Shown here piece by piece: positions 48,901 through 61,619 of a stretch of 64,000 bases of DNA. This DNA is from Spongospora subterranea f. sp. subterranea (lineage: Eukaryota): assembly GCA_049724395.1 (NCBI GenBank), contig JAUGWO010000081.1:1-64000 (forward strand), written 5' to 3'. The notes beneath the pieces were generated by a model. The model was given only the letters and a program-made list of their open reading frames with translations. It did not search any database and was not told where the DNA came from. Position numbers and translations under genes: made by a program. How positions within the stretch are numbered: the stretch's first letter is position 1; each line of letters opens with the position of its first letter.

Positions 48901-50549
48901 ATTGGGCCAGCAATAAATGAATCTCGACTTTCCTTCAGGGACGTTGGTCATGTTCTTTTCGTTTCTCGATTTCAACAATCGATTTAACTAAAGAACGTTT
49001 CAGCGAGCCAATGCCGAATGGTGAACACGCCCAGAAAAATTTCGCCGATGCATTGACACGTTTAATGCACAGCTAAATCGTTTTATCGTCCGTCACGAAC
49101 ATCACCGCCTGCCTATCGATTCCGATTTTCCACGTTTGAACAGGCAAATACCTTGGAACGAATAGTTGGCAATCGTGGTCATGTAAGACTGCTGATACCC
49201 CGGTTATCACAGTTTGGCACCTGAATCCACATTGCGAGTCAATCGCTGCTCTGTAATCTGAAGTTGGCCAAACAACAGATCGTTTTACCATTGGAGGTGC
49301 AATCCGCCACAACATCAATCCTGATTCAGCGAACCTGTCAACGACTTCTAAAAGTTCACGATTCTGAAAGAAATCGGGTCTCTCTCCCTAGGTGATAGAA
49401 TACATATCTTCCTTCTTGATATAGTACAGGTCTTCCTTGCGAAACCCCATCGACTCATTTTGATTATCAAATCAGCCGCCGAGCCCCAGCAGACTCAACC
49501 CTTTTTCAGGTACTGGCGACGCCGGGCGATCACCGAAGTGTAAGGGCGTGAGAACCTCATGTGGTACGATGTTTGTCGACCCAACAAGGCTCTGAACTCC
49601 TGGCTACGAATGCTTCGGTAATTATTGCTCTCAGATCCATCGGTATTCATACCGCTTCGGCCGAATCTGACCGTTCATATCACCTGATTTGATTCCAAAA
49701 TGCGCGTCAAAAAAAAAACCGTTAATGGAATTGTTTTGCACGTAGCGATCATCCATTGCCCACCATGACCGGAAAATGAGGATGTAGCAATTTCGTTGCG
49801 TCAGTTCCTCACTGTCGAATCTCGTTTACGACCTTGAAAACGACAAGTTTTTTGGTCACTCTGCATGCAATTCATGATCTTTGTTTGTTTTCGAAGTTCG
49901 TATGTAGATAATGCGAAGACAGAACTGCTCCACGATTGTTCGAAGATAATAGCATACCCTCCTCTCCCCGACCCTCGAACAGATCTTGTTCCGCTCCAAC
50001 CATCATCAAAGCTGACAGCGTCGTGTCCAACAGCAACCTGGGAATTATTAGGAACTTGTCTGACCTATTTGTTTCGAATTTATCGCAGGAAGAGCTGCGG
50101 GGACTTGAACGGTGTTTATCGGAGCGACTTGATCGTTTGTCCCTATCAATTAAACGATCAAAAAGTCACTGAATTCTTAAGGTTTCCGTTATTGCTGTCA
50201 TGATTTGCGACTGGGGTTGAAACGCGTTGTTGCTTTTCCTGTTGTTAATTTTTCTCCCAAACTTACGTAGCCCTAGGGTGTTAAAAAAGGTCTTCTCATC
50301 TTTAATTCCAGAAATTCTCGATGTTCGATTGTGAGTTTCGATTGCTTCGATGTTGAGTTTTAGCCAGTACTATTCTTGGGGAACATTACGAGAGTGCCTC
50401 TTTCGAATCGCAAAGTGACGACGCTAACGGACGCAACTTTGTACGACCCCAAAAAATTCGAATCGGCAACAGGCTTACTGATCCATGATATTATCTGAAC
50501 ACCCCAACCATCATCGCGCTCGTTTCGGAATAAAACCCTAATTGCGCCT

Positions 50550-51100
50550 GCGTATTGCAATAGCAAGCAACTTAAGTACGAATTCGAGGACGAAACACAT
50601 ACACGTGGTGATTCTCATTCCATCAGGGGTAGGTTGGACAAGGCTCAGAGTATCGCTCGGATGGCGGTTTGTTGCCAACTCCCTTGCCAACAAACCCAGC
50701 AGCCCATGCAAATGCAATTTGACGTCGATGTGTTTCGACCGTGAATTAGTTCTCAAGTTGCTTGCTATTACACAAAACACCCTTGAGTGTGGCCACCAAA
50801 TTTTGCTCGTGCCAAGAATGGGCAGAAATATTGGACTGTGGACCAGAGCACGAATTGAGGGGGTCGTGAACAGATCGTTGCTCTCGAGAATCTGACCGAT
50901 CCGGCGCCTTTTCACCACCATCGAAAGACATGATGAGAGGCTATCAGTCCGATCCCATGTGTATCGGAGCAACGCGGTTGCGATGCGCCGTTCGTCGAGG
51001 GCCGTTGGTGGTTCAGGTTCGACATTACTCCCGACAGATACATGAGGTTGGGTATACTTATACAAAAAAAATGCTGACAACCGAGAAGAATGGGTCGTTT
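50550..51100 (-). pseudogene. Degenerate Ty1/copia RT-RNase H fragment with a short inverted duplicate
   Basis: IASNLRTNSRSKHIDVK (-, about 50717-50770) and IASNLSTNSRTKHIHV (+, about 50560-50607) match the copia RNase H R(S/T)KHID motif. Upstream P..LLRY remnant. Confidence 0.6.
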
Positions 51101-52375
51101 TGGACGGCGATGAGGTCGAATGCTTACCAGAGTCGGCAACATAATCGCAAAAGCATCTGCATCGCGTTCGCAGCGACTGGGAGGTTCTATCAAAAACGCG
51201 CTCATTTTTGTGATTATGTGGCCTGCTTAATGGTTATGGTCGTCATCCTGATCGAAAATATCGGGGAAAAACGCACCGACATCAAATGAATATTGTTCGA
51301 GATGCATGTCGTTCTCCGAACGCGTGGCAGCTGCATTACGAGTAGTCTGGCTCTAAGTTGACTTGATCTGCAGCAGCCTTCCCCAATGCGGATTCGTTGC
51401 TGGTGTTCATGGTGGAACATTTTTGATACATAAGAAATGTCGTCTTTGGACTTTAATGGATCTGGTTTTTCGGTTGTGCCCCCTTGATGTATTCTTTAGA
51501 TTATTGTATTTCGACTGAATCTCTCCGTCAGCAGAGTGCTAGGCATCAAGGGTAAGAGTGAATTGAAATTCAGCCTTGAAGCGTTGGGAACGCTTTTATA
51601 GCAACCAGAAGAGAGATTCATCATGCACTTCGTCCATTTGCGTTTCAAACTATAGTCAGACAGCCTCCTTATCTTCTCGGAGCAATGGCGTTGACGACGA
51701 CAATAATCCGATCGTCTTTTTAATTCGTCGCTAACGATTTCATGCTCAAAAAGGTACGAGGCTTTTCTGAAAATCTAATCCTGACTCCGCATAAATCGGA
51801 GCAGCAAAACAAGTTGTAGAAACATCGGCGATAAAAACAATCTGCGACTTTCTTTCACTTGTACATATATGGAATACATATGATACATGGTACAGAATAT
51901 GGTTGATGAAAAAATGAGATTTTTTGGAGGGAAAATAACGAGTCGATGGAGGATTGTGTTTTTGGGGTTGCACGTGCCTCAAGAGCATCACTCTGACGAC
52001 TTCATCCTCAACGCCAAAAACCATATCGAGATAGGGTTTATCTGTGCAATGGTCGACCAGCAAAATCCCGAAATATCTTCAAAAAACCTTCTGGAATTGG
52101 CTTGATCGGATCTGGCTGTCACACCCAACGGTCTTGGACTGTTGGCCAACAAGGGCAACAGTCGGCACGGTATTCCAGAGCAGAAGGCCAGAAGGAGGCT
52201 GCGCCCGGCTCGTTTTACAGTCCTCATCCCCGACTGACGACTCACGCAATTATTTCCCATAGAGTGCGCGCGTCCGTGTGTTGTCAAGGAGTTGGTGGTA
52301 GTGACTAGTGAATAGTGATCGTCGACGGTACATTTTGATCGGCCGGTTCTTGGGGCTGAACGTAGCCGTTGAGCA

Positions 52376-52773
52376 ATGGCGGCGCGAACGAAAATGGAGG
52401 ATATCCAGCTGGAAATTGATAAGACTAAGGTTAGGAGGATGTTCAGGCATGTGTGCTGTCCCCGCCTGAGATTCTGCGCGTAGAATGTGATGAAGAAGAA
52501 TATCGAAGCGACCCTAGATAGAGGTGATCAACTGGATGAGATGGAAGCGAAAGCAGATCGTTTAAATTCGCAAGCTCAAACTTTCAAGAAGAAAACTGGA
52601 CAGGCCAAACGAGCCTATTGTAATGATCTCGGGTTTATCTTGTCCATAGTAGATAATAATAGGCTTCTTCATGTGCAGGTTGGCAATCGTGGCGTAATAC
52701 CATCGCAATTTTTTTGATCGCTGCGGTTCTGCTGCTTCTGATATTGTTCTTTGCTGGTGTGTTCAAACTGTAG
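52376..52773 (+). CDS. Synaptobrevin/VAMP R-SNARE (brevin type), 3 exons
   Basis: Introns 52430-52483 and 52620-52678 give MAARTKMEDIQLEIDKTKNVMKKNIEATLDRGDQLDEMEAKADRLNSQAQTFKK..CWQSWRNTIAIFLIAAVLLLLILFFAGVFKL*, with a zero-layer R and C-terminal TM. Confidence 0.93.
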
Positions 52774-53596
52774 ATTATTTGAGTACTCATTCAGGGCGAG
52801 GGGATGTTTCCCGTCAATCACACATAACTCTCATCGCACTCTCGGTATTTTACTCATAATTTAACTCATTGTTGTGCCATCATTGATAAACTATTCGAAT
52901 CTGTTACACATGCTTCATTGGTCGTCGGTGCAATCACAGGCGTGTTTTTTTCTCTCGAGAGCAATCCGAAACCCTGTCTCTTCGTGGGTTCGCCTCGTTT
53001 TGTGCTCACAACTGAGATCCGCGCATTTCACTGCAAACGACGCCGAGTTTCGAATCACATCTCGAGCTCTCCCAGATCTTGCTACAAAACCCCATCGACC
53101 ACACACAAACCGTTTGATGTGAATACGAAGAGTGACATGGGTTTGGCCTACGAGGCCCCTGTAGTGAGGCTGCTGCTCGAGCTATTGGTGTTTCACTGTG
53201 TTTGTTCCTGACTTTGTGAGTGAAACAGCAATAGCTGTACACAGTCCAGGGTCAGTCCCAAATTACTGCTCTACAGTGCCCTGCCGTGCCCCGAGAGATC
53301 ATCATAACGATTACATATGTGGTGCATGATCAAGTAATGCATTGTGCTGAGGCAGTTGCTGATCTGGTTGGCGACATCGGAGACGAGCGGAACCTGGGCC
53401 CTAGAGCATACAGTTCGGTCGCGTGGTGATGTCGCATTCGTCAGTGTTCGTTCGAGGGCAATCGTTGCAGCAGGTACAGTCGCGCAGCCCTGTCTGAAGA
53501 TTCCTTGGCCCGACGCAAATCGTTAATTCCGTCTGGAAGATTTATCAACAGGTCAAGAAACCCCCCAATGAAAACCACGATAGAGTATTTGATGAA

Positions 53597-56474
53597 ATGA
53601 GATTTCCGATCCCAGAAGATGTTAACAGAAAGTCGGTACTTTCTTGGTCTTCGTGATTTTCAATCTCAGAGTTTGATGCCCAGCTTGCAAGGGCTTCCGT
53701 ACTGCCCAAACGATAACTTGCAGGAATCAGTCATTGATGAGCCACTAGACCCACACTCAACTCAAACGTCCTTTGAGGATGCTTCATCACCATCCTCGTT
53801 CCTTGTCTACGACTCATCCCATCCTCAAAGGTTCGCGGTAGTATAACGGATTTTTTTTTCGCTCATCGCTGAGCGACGCAGGGCTGATCGTCAATCGAGA
53901 GATGGTCTGATCTTTAATTCTCGATTTGAATGTGGGAACCTGGATCGGGTTTATCGTCGTTCACCGTCGCTGACTGAAGGTGTCGCAACCGTTCATCGTG
54001 TGTACGACTTATGGCTTCGACCTGATCGTTCCTCATCGCCCCACACGCAATGGTTCTATTTTGGTGTTGACAACATTGATCCGTTCGTGGACTTTACATT
54101 CAATATCGTCAACCTGGTCAAACCGAGCTCTCTATATGCGACTGTTTGCCTAATAATTCGCAGTGGCTTTTTGCAATTTTTAAACATGGAGAACTAGGGT
54201 ATGCGCGTTTTGATGTATGATGAACGCCAAGGATGGCATCGCGGTGGAAGGGTCCGCGGGTATGGCGCCAATTCTTTCCGAGACAAAAAAACGTCAAACC
54301 CATTCTATACGCTTTCATTCGACTTCCAGGTGCATAGAATTTGACTCACCCTCAGTATGTGTAATTAACATATGCGCCAGGCTAATGAAGATCAGCGCTG
54401 GATGTATATGGCGTATTCGTATCCGTATTCCTACACACGTCTCCAGCAGTACCTTGATTCGATTTCTGCTGAGATTGGTACGAATTGTGTTTCGCCAATC
54501 TTAAACTGTATTTATTTTGTTGTCCCAAAAGCAATTTGATAGAGGCTTTGCACTGTAACACTTGGACATTGCTGTTAATTAATTTCTAGCAACATTTTTT
54601 TCGACGCTCGTTATCGTGGACACTCATTTATTTATTTTCAATTGTTGGCGTGTTCCTGCTCTTTCTATAGCTCAATTTTCCTTGGGATAGGTCATATGGA
54701 TCACTGTCGGCGTGATCTTCTCTGTCGCAGCTTCTCCGGAAATAATGTCGACGTCTTGACCATCACAGTCTGATATTTCTATGTCATCGCTTATCCCCAA
54801 ATAAAGGAAATATGCTCATTAGGACTTTACAGCTGGGCAGGATATATCGTCAAGATCGTGTGCTGTCATTACAGGGAGGGGTAATCATAACTTTTTGGAC
54901 TACCTTTTCGTTGCACTATTTTGAGACATTGTCGCAGTTCATCCTGGCGAGCCAAATTCGTCGTGGATTATGGAAGGGATAATATCTTTCCTAATAGGCT
55001 CATCTCCTTCAGCGCGACGCCTTCGCCAGGTTCGCGAACCTCTTAATATCCTTTATTAGCTAGTAACTCCGGCTTTAGATGTTCATATTTACCATTATTC
55101 CAATGCTCAATCCTGACGGCGTGATTGACGGCAGTTATCGTACTGGAGGATCCGCCACCGGTAAATTCACAACCACAACGCTTTTCGAATAATGACAGCA
55201 TGTCCAGGATCAGACTTGAACCGGGTATGGCATAATCCTTCTCGCCGCAACCACCCCACCATATTCGCCACAAAAATGCTGATGAAAAGGTCTTAGAATC
55301 AAATCGCAACTTGAGCTTTAGCTTAACATTTTTCGTGTTTTTTTTTGTTGCATTTCGTAGTCACTTTTCGCTCGGAACCAGTTTTGATATGTTTCTGGAG
55401 GTTTTAAGTTGTCAGCTAAATTTTTGTCTAAGGGTTAATGATCTCTTTGCGAATGTTGACGCTGTTTAGGCTTTCGAAAGAGCGCCCAATTCATTTTTTT
55501 ATCGACCTGCATGGGCATTCCCGACGCCACAACATGTTCATGTATGGCTGGTCAGTATAGTGCCTCGTTTTTCTCGTCCAATTCGTATGATTCAGTTTTA
55601 CAGTCCTCCCACTCAGCCAACAGTTGTGCACGCTGAGCGAATCCTTCCGCGAATGCTTTGGAGGCTCGCCGATAATTTTTCGTTTCAGGTTGACCACTTT
55701 TTACATCCGACAAACTCATTTTGTGCAACAATTTCACACATATGCTTGTTGTTAGGATTGCCGATTTGAAATTCAAAAGTGCAAGAAGAACACTGCCCGG
55801 GCAGTGGTGTCACGAGAGTTTGCCTGCATCAACTCATACACTCTTGAAGCATCGTTCGCCGGTAGTAATCAAAGCCATCGGTCAGGATTACATTATAATC
55901 AGCGAGATTATCGAGGTAATTCTGTTCAACTTTTGCTCATGATATTAGGCCCCTGATTGGACAATACCTGATTTTTTGTACTGTGAACTGACTTCGGTGA
56001 ATTTTCAGAGATGGGAGAGCGATTATGTGAAGGTTTGCTGAGGTACAGTGATGACCAGTACCGCGATGAGTACGAATGCGCCCATCGAGAAATTGCTTCT
56101 GTACTATCCTGAGACTAACGAAATTGTCTTTGATCCACACAAATCGGTGAGAACTCAGGGCGATGCTGAATATGGTAACTTACCTGCTTTCGGAGAACAG
56201 TTTTGCGAAAAAGAAAAAGAGGGCTTGGTCGAAACTAGTAAAAGGATCAGGATGAACCGAGCGAAATCGATTCGAAAACATAATCTCAAAATCGACAAAA
56301 TATTTCCGCAACGTTAAATAATCCAATCTGTATAAATGAAACATGTCACTAACGAGGCATTGCATTGAACAGCATAGCAAAAAGTCCCCAGAAGATCTTT
56401 TCGACAGCATTGCTCTCGAGCGGACTCGTCCGCGGCTTCTGACGCAGAAACAGCTCAAAATTCTGAACTGGTGA
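53597..56474 (+). CDS. Cytosolic carboxypeptidase (M14D, Nna1/AGBL tubulin deglutamylase family), many introns; ends approximate
   Basis: [77 protein letters not shown]. Confidence 0.9.
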
Positions 56475-57024
56475 GCTAGCGTGTTGACGATACGCCATCG
56501 CATCACCAAACAACAAGTAACGAGCCGTTGCCCTCGATCCCAAAGACCTGATGCATGTTGAGCTCGGCAACCTTGTTGAGCAAAACTCCTCGTCAACTGG
56601 TTCCGTTGAATCGTTCTTCATCGCTATCGTGGATATTCCGCTTCACTTCAACACATCTTGACACAAACGATGATACAGTGGGCCTAGCGAGGGAGCTGTG
56701 GATTTATTTCTGCTGGTGGTGGCCGAACAATAACTGTAAAATTCGTCCACCCGTTGAAAATTGTCTAGGTAGCTACTTGGCTGATCGCGATCAATTCACA
56801 ACCGTCATTTTGCTCATCTTTAGAACATGGCACATTTCAGTCGAGGTCATTGTACCCATGCCATGTTCTCCACGGACCAACCATCTGTCGACAAACTCGG
56901 ACATGCCGTGACATTTGACCGAAATAACTGCACGCAACAATCAGCGCCAGTGTGGTACTCGACCCTCGGCGAATATCGTTCACGTCCACGAATGTTCGGC
57001 AACCGTGCCTCCCGATTATCCCAT

Positions 57025-57924
57025 ATGTCGAATCCTGTGGTCCACCTCTATGTCCTGATTCATGGCCTTCATGGGCACTCGTCGGATCTCGAGTACCTGG
57101 ACTGGGCGATCCGTTCGTGTGATCCCGGCGCCGTCGTCGACCGTCCCCCCATCAATCACGGCCAGACCAAGGACGGGATCGGCGCACAGGCCGGGCGCCT
57201 GTTCGATCACGTCTGCGGCCTGGTCGAGGTGCATGGCGCCACACACCTGTCGCTGGTCGGTTACTCGCTGGGCGGTCTGAAGGCCCGCTTCCTGGCCTAT
57301 CTCCTCCACATCCATCGGATCATCCCGCAACGGGTCGTCCCGGTCAGTTTCATGACGATCGCCACCCCACACCTGGGTTCCCTGCAGTGGTGTCGCGGGA
57401 TTTTATCGCCATTCTCCCCGATCGCTCCTCTGGTTGCGGTATGGGCGGCGGGTCAGAGTGGTCGCGAGCTGTTCCTTCAGGACAGGGAAGGCACTCCATT
57501 GCTCGTTAATATGACCTCAGACAATTTTCTCAACGCTCTACGATTATTCCAGCGTAGGATCGCTTATGGCTGTATTCGCTATGATCCATCAGTTGCCTAC
57601 GCCACAGCCGGAATCCGCCGACGAAACCCGTTCACCAATTTTGACAAGGCCAAGGGGACGCCCGTGATCGTCGAGGATCTGGTCGCTATTCCCGACCTAT
57701 TGCTGAGCGACGCCATGAAGTTCCACAGCAAGGACGAGGAGGAAATGATGACGCGATTGAACACTCTTTCGTGGACCAAGATCGCCATCTCCCCCGCCAG
57801 GAACATCACCGCTCATATCGATATCGTGGTGAAAAACCCGAAATGTCCCCAATATGGCCAAGTCGTAATCGACGATATGATCTCCCGCCTCTGCGTTGTC
57901 GTATCAGATAATCCAACGCCATGA
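57025..57924 (+). CDS. DUF676 / putative serine esterase (alpha/beta hydrolase)
   Basis: HLYVLIHGLHG, SLVGYSLGGL, FMTIATPHLG, GQSGRELFL, D..V.Y.TA. Intronless. Confidence 0.9.
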   Translation: MSNPVVHLYVLIHGLHGHSSDLEYLDWAIRSCDPGAVVDRPPINHGQTKDGIGAQAGRLFDHVCGLVEVHGATHLSLVGYSLGGLKARFLAYLLHIHRIIPQRVVPVSFMTIATPHLGSLQWCRGILSPFSPIAPLVAVWAAGQSGRELFLQDREGTPLLVNMTSDNFLNALRLFQRRIAYGCIRYDPSVAYATAGIRRRNPFTNFDKAKGTPVIVEDLVAIPDLLLSDAMKFHSKDEEEMMTRLNTLSWTKIAISPARNITAHIDIVVKNPKCPQYGQVVIDDMISRLCVVVSDNPTP

Positions 57925-59594
57925 TTTTGTTAACAGGAAAGTCGCCCGATCCAGATCACTGTTGGGGACCCCATCATGGCGCACCGAATCGGTCGGATTC
58001 GAATCGATTGCGTTTGAGAAAACCCAACAACTTGCCGGCGGGCAGGCAATTCCTGGTCTGGTTGACCCCATCGATCACCCTCAGGGTTCGATGTTCTATC
58101 CGGTAATCTGAATCAATTCGCTTTAACTCACTGGATCAAACGTTGTGAAGACGTTCTTTCGAACCCAGTTAATCACTCGTCTTTTGATACAAGTCATGAA
58201 CTTCGGATCTTTCTCCAGTTTTCGAAATCCTGACCAGCTTGAGGGAAGCTTGGAACGCCAACCTAATTAACGCCCAACAAACCATCAAAACTACCAAACC
58301 TGTACAGATGACAACACTTATGGCGCTAGGAGACAAATGAGTTAATCTTTATCTGGACAATGAACGGAATTGTTTTTCAGGATTCAGCTTTGGTGGCAAC
58401 GGTCATGGTCGATTCTGAACCGGAGCAGCGTCACGAGTCCTCAATATCGACCTTCATCCGATGGACATGTCCACCTTAAGTTGCCACTGGCGATCATTGT
58501 TCCCGCTCCAGTTCCCATAACTCTATGGCCAAAGTTTCATTTGGGATGCAGTGGCTCATTGTTGTTGTTGCCCAACTCAAATGCATTCGCTTGCAGTTCG
58601 TTGGGTCAGCCATAGGACTAAACTTTGTTCACCAAAACGTCATGGAAATAGTCGCGGAAACCAGCATGAGAGCTAGAAATTGTCACACGATGAACTAGAG
58701 TGTTTTTGTGGGTCATCGGACGAAAAATTCCGATCGGGCAAACCTCAAGTGAACTCTGAGACGTTGAGTATTTCCAAATTCGGCCGTTGAGGACATGGCA
58801 GGAAACTCAACCTCCGATAAGGTGTGTGTGTGGTGGATATTGTGCCAATAATGGATGCGGAACCTGAGGATAGGCGGCAACGGGGGGCGATCAACAATCC
58901 CAGGAAAAGGGGACGGCGCCAGGTCAGGTTTGCGGACGAGCTGGCGACGACGACGAACTACAGCAACACCGATGGGAGCTCAAGCGACGATCAGGACGTG
59001 GTGGTCGTGGTGAATTTGCTTCAGGTGACGCATATCCCCGAATCGTATCGAGAATGAGATCGCTCCCGACAACAACCCAATTTCTGCTGAACCCACTGTC
59101 GTCGCGCGTCATCCACAACCGGGCTCTTGACGATGGCGATCGCGGCCTGAAAACCGATCTAGTGCCGATTAAATCACCAACACAATACAACAGCTGTGCG
59201 GTTCCTACTAAAATTGCACGAGATGTCGCATTCGATAGTAGTGTGGAAAAGCATTGATAGCACGATTGCACTGATGACCGTCTTTCTGTGCTGTTCTGGC
59301 GATTCGAGGTTCTGACAGGACATGGTCGCTGATGATGAGCTTCATTGATTACAGTGTGAGAGGATCTAACCGTTCTTGAAAGCGCGAACTAGGGTCTGGG
59401 ATTACTGAAGGAGTGTGCTCAGGGGAAACGGAGAAAGAATGGGATAGCGCCAGCGGCAACGATATTGGTCAAGTACCACAATCTTCGGATCAACCGTTTC
59501 ATTATTCCAATTTTATTTTATTGTTAAACGCTGCACGAGATTGTTTTCAACATCGGGGGGTTCTGTCTGTCGCAAAAGCCGTCAACAAGACGAA

Positions 59595-60692
59595 TCAGAC
59601 CAATTTCACCACCTTTGAGGTGACCGGTTCAACGACCCGCTCTTCCTGACCATAACGAATGATGCCTTTGGCGATCGCCCCCAGATACCCGCCGTTCTTC
59701 AGGAACAGGTCGATCCATCCGGGGAACGGGCCGTCGTTCGTCAACGGGCCCGCGCCCAGGAAATGGTCGAGCGCCCCGCCGGCCCCGCCCATCAGTATCC
59801 GCGCGAGCTCAAACGGATCGAACTTGGACTTGAACCCGCCCAGATCGCGCTCCGACATGGCCGGGTCGTTCTCGATCGTCCCGTCCGACAGCAAAAAGAT
59901 TCGCGACCCGATATGGGTATATCCCCAGCCATATGGCGGCAGCTGCGTCACCACATCGTTATTGTGCACCAGGCGGAACGTCTTGTCGCGCAGCTCGCGA
60001 TCATAGGCCAGGGCCAGGACGTCGTCCATGACGCGCGGCGACCCAAACGTGTAGACCGTCAGGCCCATCGCCCGGCGTTCGCGAATTACTTCCACGCCAC
60101 TGCGCCCTTCTTTCGGCGGCTGGATCTTTGGCGACATCAGGATCCCACGCAGGTACATGGCCGTCAGGGTGGCCAGCGCCCCGCCCAACGAGTGCCCAGT
60201 GACAAACACGTGCTTCTGGGCGCCATTCTCCGGCTGGAACTTGTCGATCGCGTCGCTAATTTGATCGAGGATCGACGACACGTCGCCCTTAGCGCTTTTC
60301 TGCGAGATCGCGTCGATGAACCCGGAATGGGCTTCACCAGTGGTGACGCCCTCCGGCAACCACGGCAACGGTTTGCGAATCATCTGGACGTCGGTCCCCA
60401 CCCAGTCCTTGACGTTCGCCTGGGAGCCGCGGAAAGCCACGACGATGACGGTAGCGGAGGACGCCACGTATGCCTGCGTGTCGGTGAAGCGCTCCAGGTT
60501 ACTGCCGTCGATGAAGATGGATTTGGAGAAACCCCACTTCTCCAGCGTGACCTTGGCGTCGTCGACGTTGACCTCGTACGAGAGGTCGCTATGGCAGCCG
60601 AGCTTGAACGCCGTCTCCAAGCAAAACGACAGCTTCTCAGTTCGTGGGATCATCGTGGTCGAACTCATGCCCTTTCGTAAAAACATGATCAA
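59595..60692 (-). CDS. Class 3 lipase (5' exon probably further upstream)
   Basis: DTQAYV, IVVAFRGS, AHSGF, VTGHSLGGALA, YTFGSPRV, RLVHNNDVVTQLPP, DH. Confidence 0.92.
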   Translation of the reverse strand: MIMFLRKGMSSTTMIPRTEKLSFCLETAFKLGCHSDLSYEVNVDDAKVTLEKWGFSKSIFIDGSNLERFTDTQAYVASSATVIVVAFRGSQANVKDWVGTDVQMIRKPLPWLPEGVTTGEAHSGFIDAISQKSAKGDVSSILDQISDAIDKFQPENGAQKHVFVTGHSLGGALATLTAMYLRGILMSPKIQPPKEGRSGVEVIRERRAMGLTVYTFGSPRVMDDVLALAYDRELRDKTFRLVHNNDVVTQLPPYGWGYTHIGSRIFLLSDGTIENDPAMSERDLGGFKSKFDPFELARILMGGAGGALDHFLGAGPLTNDGPFPGWIDLFLKNGGYLGAIAKGIIRYGQEERVVEPVTSKVVKLV

Positions 60693-61180
60693 GAACGGAA
60701 ATCAATATGAAGTCGGAGATCAGACGGTTCCACGTGTTCAACGAAATTGTATGAATTTACAGGTGGTGGGACGGCGAAATCAAAGATCGGAGATTGATCG
60801 GTTCTGCCCTGTTCAGACTCGGAGATGAACCCGTGCTGGATTGGGGTCGGCTACCGGTAGTACAGAGGTGGGTAGCGCCAACTGATGCAGGAACGGGATT
60901 GAAGGTCAAACATCAGGAGATCATGTATGTATAGCAGATATGTTCTGAGGACCAACATCGCTGGTTGTGCTCAATCCGTTGAAAGTAAATCCAAGGGTCG
61001 ACCAAAAACAGAAACGCACCCGAGGGAAAAGCATCGCTGAACAGCAGCGGCAAAGGAAGCAAAAGATCCTATTGCGAAAAGCAACTGCCACGTCTAAGAT
61101 CAAAATAAATGAGGAGCAGGTCTCCTGGTAGAGTGGTAGTTTACAGTGTATACACAGAAGCCGAAGAGAAGAGTACGTAC

Positions 61181-61503
61181 GCAACTACCTACCAGGTCGG
61201 TTCCGACGCAACTACCTAGTGCGTAGGTCGGTTCCGACGCAACTACCTAGTGCGTAGGTCGGTTCCGACGCAACTACCTAGTGCGTAGGTCGGTTCCGAC
61301 GCAACTACCTAGTGCGTAGGTCGGTTCCGACGCAACTACCTAGTGCGTAGGTCGGTTCCGACGCAACTACCTAGTGCGTAGGTCGGTTCCGACGCAACTA
61401 CCTAGTGCGTAGGTCGGCTCCGACGCAACTACCTAGTGCGTAGGTCGGCTCCGACGCAACTACCTAGTGCGTAGGTCGGCTCCGACGCAACTACAGTAGT
61501 TGC
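61181..61503. repeat. 31-bp tandem array, about 10 copies, hairpin-forming unit
   Basis: Unit GCAACTACCTAGTGCGTAGGTCGG(T/C)TCCGAC. The array ends in the palindrome GCAACTAC-A-GTAGTTGC. Confidence 0.95.
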
Positions 61504-61619
61504 GCGACAATCGGCCTCGTCTGACAAAATTCGTAACACTCTGTGGAAATGACAAAATTGGTGTAGTCACGTTATCACCAATCTTTGATTTGTCGTTCTT
61601 TGTTTTACTGATTGTACCG

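Noticed and set aside
58100..59270. Short ORFs and a TM-like stretch between the two lipase genes
   Set aside because: Frequent stops; no coherent gene could be built.
59763..60828. Long plus-strand ORFs opposite the lipase
   Set aside because: Antisense shadows of a GC-rich coding sequence.
36996..61503. CRISPR-like interpretation of the 40-, 200- and 31-bp arrays
   Set aside because: The units are directly adjacent with no unique spacers, there are no cas genes, and the context is eukaryotic.
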